DNA from: Macrostomum lignano
Taxonomy: Eukaryota
Length of the DNA stretch: 37,016 nucleotides
Reading direction: 5' to 3'
Assembly: GCA_002269645.1 (NCBI GenBank)
Contig: NIVC01004723.1
Coordinates: 1 to 37,016 of the forward strand
Positions 33,736 to 37,016 of the stretch are shown piece after piece. Each line of letters starts with the position of its first letter. Position 1 is the first letter of the stretch. The notes under the pieces are model-generated. The model was not told the origin of the DNA. It ran no database searches and was given only the letters and a program-made list of their open reading frames with translations. Both the position numbers and the translations under genes were made by a program.

Positions 33736-34763
33736 CTGGTCCTGAATGTGCTTGTTAGTGCACTCCCGTTGGGTGTACCAGAACTCTCTGCCAAGATCCT
33801 TGAACGACTCGCCGCTGAGGATGCAAGGATTCACTGGCGTGTTGCTGCGGTTCCACAGCGTCGGGGTGTAGGCCAGCTCCGTCATCTTGCCAGACTCGAC
33901 GTTCATGCCGAAGTGCTCCACGTTGGGGTATCGGTTGGGCTCGTGGATGACCACGCGCAGTCCGGTGGCCTGGTCGAAGACGTCGTTGAGGAAGCCCTGC
34001 TGAAAATTTGCATAGTCGGGCTTCGGTCCCAGGTCAACTGCCATGCCGAGAAAGTAGGTCTCAATGGACGAAATGGGATTACTAGGCTCAACCGTGTAAC
34101 AGTTCAGGTGCTTCGGATGCGAGAACAGCTTAGTGCTGAAGCCGTACTCAGTCAGGTTGCACGGATCTTTGAAGTAGCTCATACCGCCGCTGTTCTTCAG
34201 GATGCACTTCCGGATAACGCTGGGCTCGTGGCTGAGAACTGTGATGTCCCGCAGCTGGATGTTCTGATAGTACACTTCCAGCATGTCGTAGTAGAGCGCG
34301 TACGATATGGGATCCGTACTGCCGATCGTTGAGAAATCCTCCGTGCGATTGATGATGCTGATGGCCCACTTTCTCAGCAGCTTGTTGTACTCTCTAGGCG
34401 ACAGCACCGAACGGTTTGCCCAGAGTTTGAAGGCTCGATTCGAGAACGGCTGATGCAGGCAGACAGTTATGGCCGGAAATGGCGATCGCTGATTCTGAAT
34501 GTCCGAGATGTGCACGATGACGTCATACTGCAGGTAGGAACGCACGGACAGCGAGGCGGAGACAATCAGCACTAGCGTCATCACTACGACAAAGGTGAGC
34601 CACATTTTTCTGAGAAAATTTGACGATGAGCGCGCGATTTTCGGCATGCCCGGATCGAGCTGCACTCGCAGAACAGCATGGCGCAGCTGGACGACTTCGA
34701 GCCGCCGCCGCAGGCTGCAGCCGATACTTCTGGCTTCCTGCCTCCTGCAGTTGAAACATTCAT
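33736..34763 (-). CDS. DEG/ENaC channel, exon 1: N-terminus, TM1 and most of the extracellular domain (one apparent 1-nt deletion at ~34649-34653)
   Basis: TM1 RKMWLTFVVVMTLVLIV, then FPAITVC, NCYT, GLRVVIHEPNRYP and YTQREC. Donor CAG|GTATGA. ATG 34763 opens MNVST...AMLFCECSSI in a frame one base off from GMPKIARS. Confidence 0.88.
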
Positions 34764-35036
34764 CAGTTCAATAAATTTTCATGACAAGAAATGGTAAATT
34801 ACATGCCTGAAGTCTACATCTATTCAGAAACCGCGAGATCGCACAAACTAATTTGATTATTTCAAGACTTCGTTCTTTATTAGTGCTATTTGATGACATG
34901 CCATCTTTCGAATAACCAGTGAGCACTTTGAGCAACTAAAATATTCATGAAAAATATTAATGGCTCAGCATATGGAGACCCGGCTTGCATCGGAATGCCT
35001 CGCCTTGCGACGAGTTCTAGAAACAGTCCATACTTC

Positions 35037-35780
35037 TGGATGAGCTCTCACCTGACAAGCATCACCCAATGATTAAGCAATGGATGAGCTCTCACCTGAC
35101 AAGCATCGCCCATGATTAAGCCATGGATGAGCTCTCACCTGACAAGCATCACCCAATGATTAAGCCATGGATGAGCTCTCACCTGACAAGCATCACCCCA
35201 TGATTAAGCCATGGATGAGCTCTCACCTGACAAGCATCACCTCATGACTATAAGCCATGGATGAGCTCTCACCTGACAAGCATCGCCCATGACTATAAGC
35301 CGTGGATGAGCTCTCACCTGACAAGCATCACCCATGATTAAGCCGTGGATGAGCTCTCACCTGACAAGCATCACCCCATGATTAAGCCATGGATGAGCTC
35401 TCACCTGACAAGCATCACCTCATGACTATAAGCCATGGATGAGCTCTCACCTGACAAGCATCGCCCCATGACTATAAGCCGTGGATGAGCTCTCACCTGA
35501 CAAGCATCACCCCATGATTAAGCCATGGATGAGCTCTCATCTCATGACTATAAGCCATGGATGAGCTCTCACCTGACAAGCATCACCTCATGATTATAAG
35601 CCATGGATGAGCTCTCACCTGACAAGCATCACCCAATGATTAAGCCATGGATGAGCTCTCACCTGACAAGCATCACCTCATGACTATAAGCCATGGATGA
35701 GCTCTCACCTGACAAGCATCACCCAATGATTAAGCCATGGATGAGCTCTCACCGGACTAACACGCATCATCCCATGACTG
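35037..35780. repeat. 43-44-bp minisatellite (ATGGATGAGCTCTCACCTGACAAGCATCACCCATGATTAAGCC)n, ~17 units
   Basis: Read directly; 15 units keep CTCACCTGAC. Starts ~275 bp upstream of the channel ATG. Confidence 0.96.
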
Positions 35781-36357
35781 AGCAGCATAAGTTCCAGAAC
35801 ATCACCGATTAATTATATATATATCTGCCCATTTGTCAGCGAGTCTGTTCGCTTCGATTGCAAAACAATTGATAACGAACATCCGGCGCGGTGTCTCTTG
35901 ACAAAACAATGATATTCACCGCGAGCTTCCCCAGGCTTAATTCAATCACAACTTATCCTCAATCGCGTCAATTGTTCAATAGTGTTGGATTAACAGAAAC
36001 TGACTACTGACTAACTGATCTATCTATTCTGCATTCTTTCTTCTTTGCTGACTGATGGCATCATTCACGAAAATCCTAACTGATCGATAATATATATATA
36101 TGCTCGTAACTACCAAGCGTGGGCTAATGCCGGAAGGTGTGTGGCATTAAAACAAATCAGATGAAACAATACACCCAGTCAAACTTGGATTGCCAATCTC
36201 AATGTGTCATAGGAATTATTCTGACTCGGAAATATTTTTGTACACATTTGACTGCTTCCGTATCTTCAAACTCAAATTTTGGTTTGGTAAGTTTCTACAG
36301 TGTATTATCTAGATATCAATAAAATTCAGCTACGTAACTTTTGCTGGATGCCTTCAG

Positions 36358-36719
36358 TGTGCCTCTTAGTGTGCTCTAGTGTGGCTCTTAGTGTGACTCT
36401 TAGTGTCTTTAGTGTGCTCTTAGTGTGACTCTTAGTGTGACGTTTAGTGTGCTCTTAGTGTGACTCTTAGTGTGACTCTTAGTGTGCCTCTTAGTGTGCC
36501 TCTTAGTGTGACTCTTAGTGTGCCTCTTAGTGTGCCTCTTAGTGACTCTTAGTGTGCCTCTTAGTGTGCCTCTTAGTGTGCCTCTTAGTGTGCCTCTTAG
36601 TGTGACTTTAGTGTGACTCTTAGTGTGCCTCTTAGTGTGCCTCTAGTGTGCCTCTTAGTGTTTTAGTGTGACTCTTAGTGTGCCTCTTAGTGTGACTCTT
36701 AGTGTGCCTCTTCTTGTGC
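36358..36719. repeat. 12-13-bp minisatellite (CTCTTAGTGTGA/CTCTTAGTGTGC)n, ~28 units
   Basis: Read directly from the sequence. Confidence 0.94.
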
Positions 36720-37016
36720 CCACTGATAATTGAGCAAACAGTGGGGAATCCATCAATAAAATTAAAGTCTTCCAACCTTCAAAATAACACAACCTAGAAA
36801 GTACGGTGCTCATTTAAAACAAAACTGAGTCATTTTTTCGAGAGACTAGCCTATTTTTGCCACAAAAGAGTTAAAACTTGAAGCCTACCCGCGGCTTTTG
36901 CTGCGCTTCCTCTAAAAGCAGTAGAGCAAAGCGCGCGTGTAAAGAAAGTCCCCCACACTTAAAGCGATGTCCATTTTTTATTCTGCAATTAGCAAAGCTG
37001 GGAAGGGGGGTCGCGG

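Noticed and set aside
33748-34332. 194-aa plus-strand ORF, and similar antisense ORFs over the GPCR
   Set aside because: These are antisense shadows of GC-rich coding sequence with no independent features.

Overview
This is animal (eukaryotic) genomic DNA, very rich in tandem repeats. The gene set, satellite density and short-intron style suggest a free-living flatworm such as Macrostomum, which is an inference only. Three protein-coding genes lie on the minus strand. (1) A BLTP3/UHRF1BP1-like bridge lipid-transfer gene: I reconstructed seven exons by homology and GT-AG phase (14991-14583, 9933-9711, 6836-6649, 6110-5906, 3341-3249, 551-210, 99-<1). Its first ~14-codon exon was not found, and the gene runs off the left edge. 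(2) An intronless class A peptide-type GPCR (29423-28140). (3) A two-exon DEG/ENaC channel (34763-33736, 33534-32716). Between and inside these genes are more than 15 distinct micro/minisatellite arrays, two tRNA-derived CORE-type SINE copies, an internally deleted mariner, two related hAT/Charlie-like MITEs and a possible Helitron-type element. Five single-base frameshifts sit in otherwise conserved exons; long-read consensus error is the most likely cause. I see no CRISPR array, rRNA or convincing functional tRNA, and no clearly novel multi-gene system. The best leads are E-box-rich tandem arrays just upstream of both the GPCR and the channel, atypical conserved-motif substitutions in those two proteins, satellite-filled introns including an inverted pair, and repeats caught expanding inside mobile elements.
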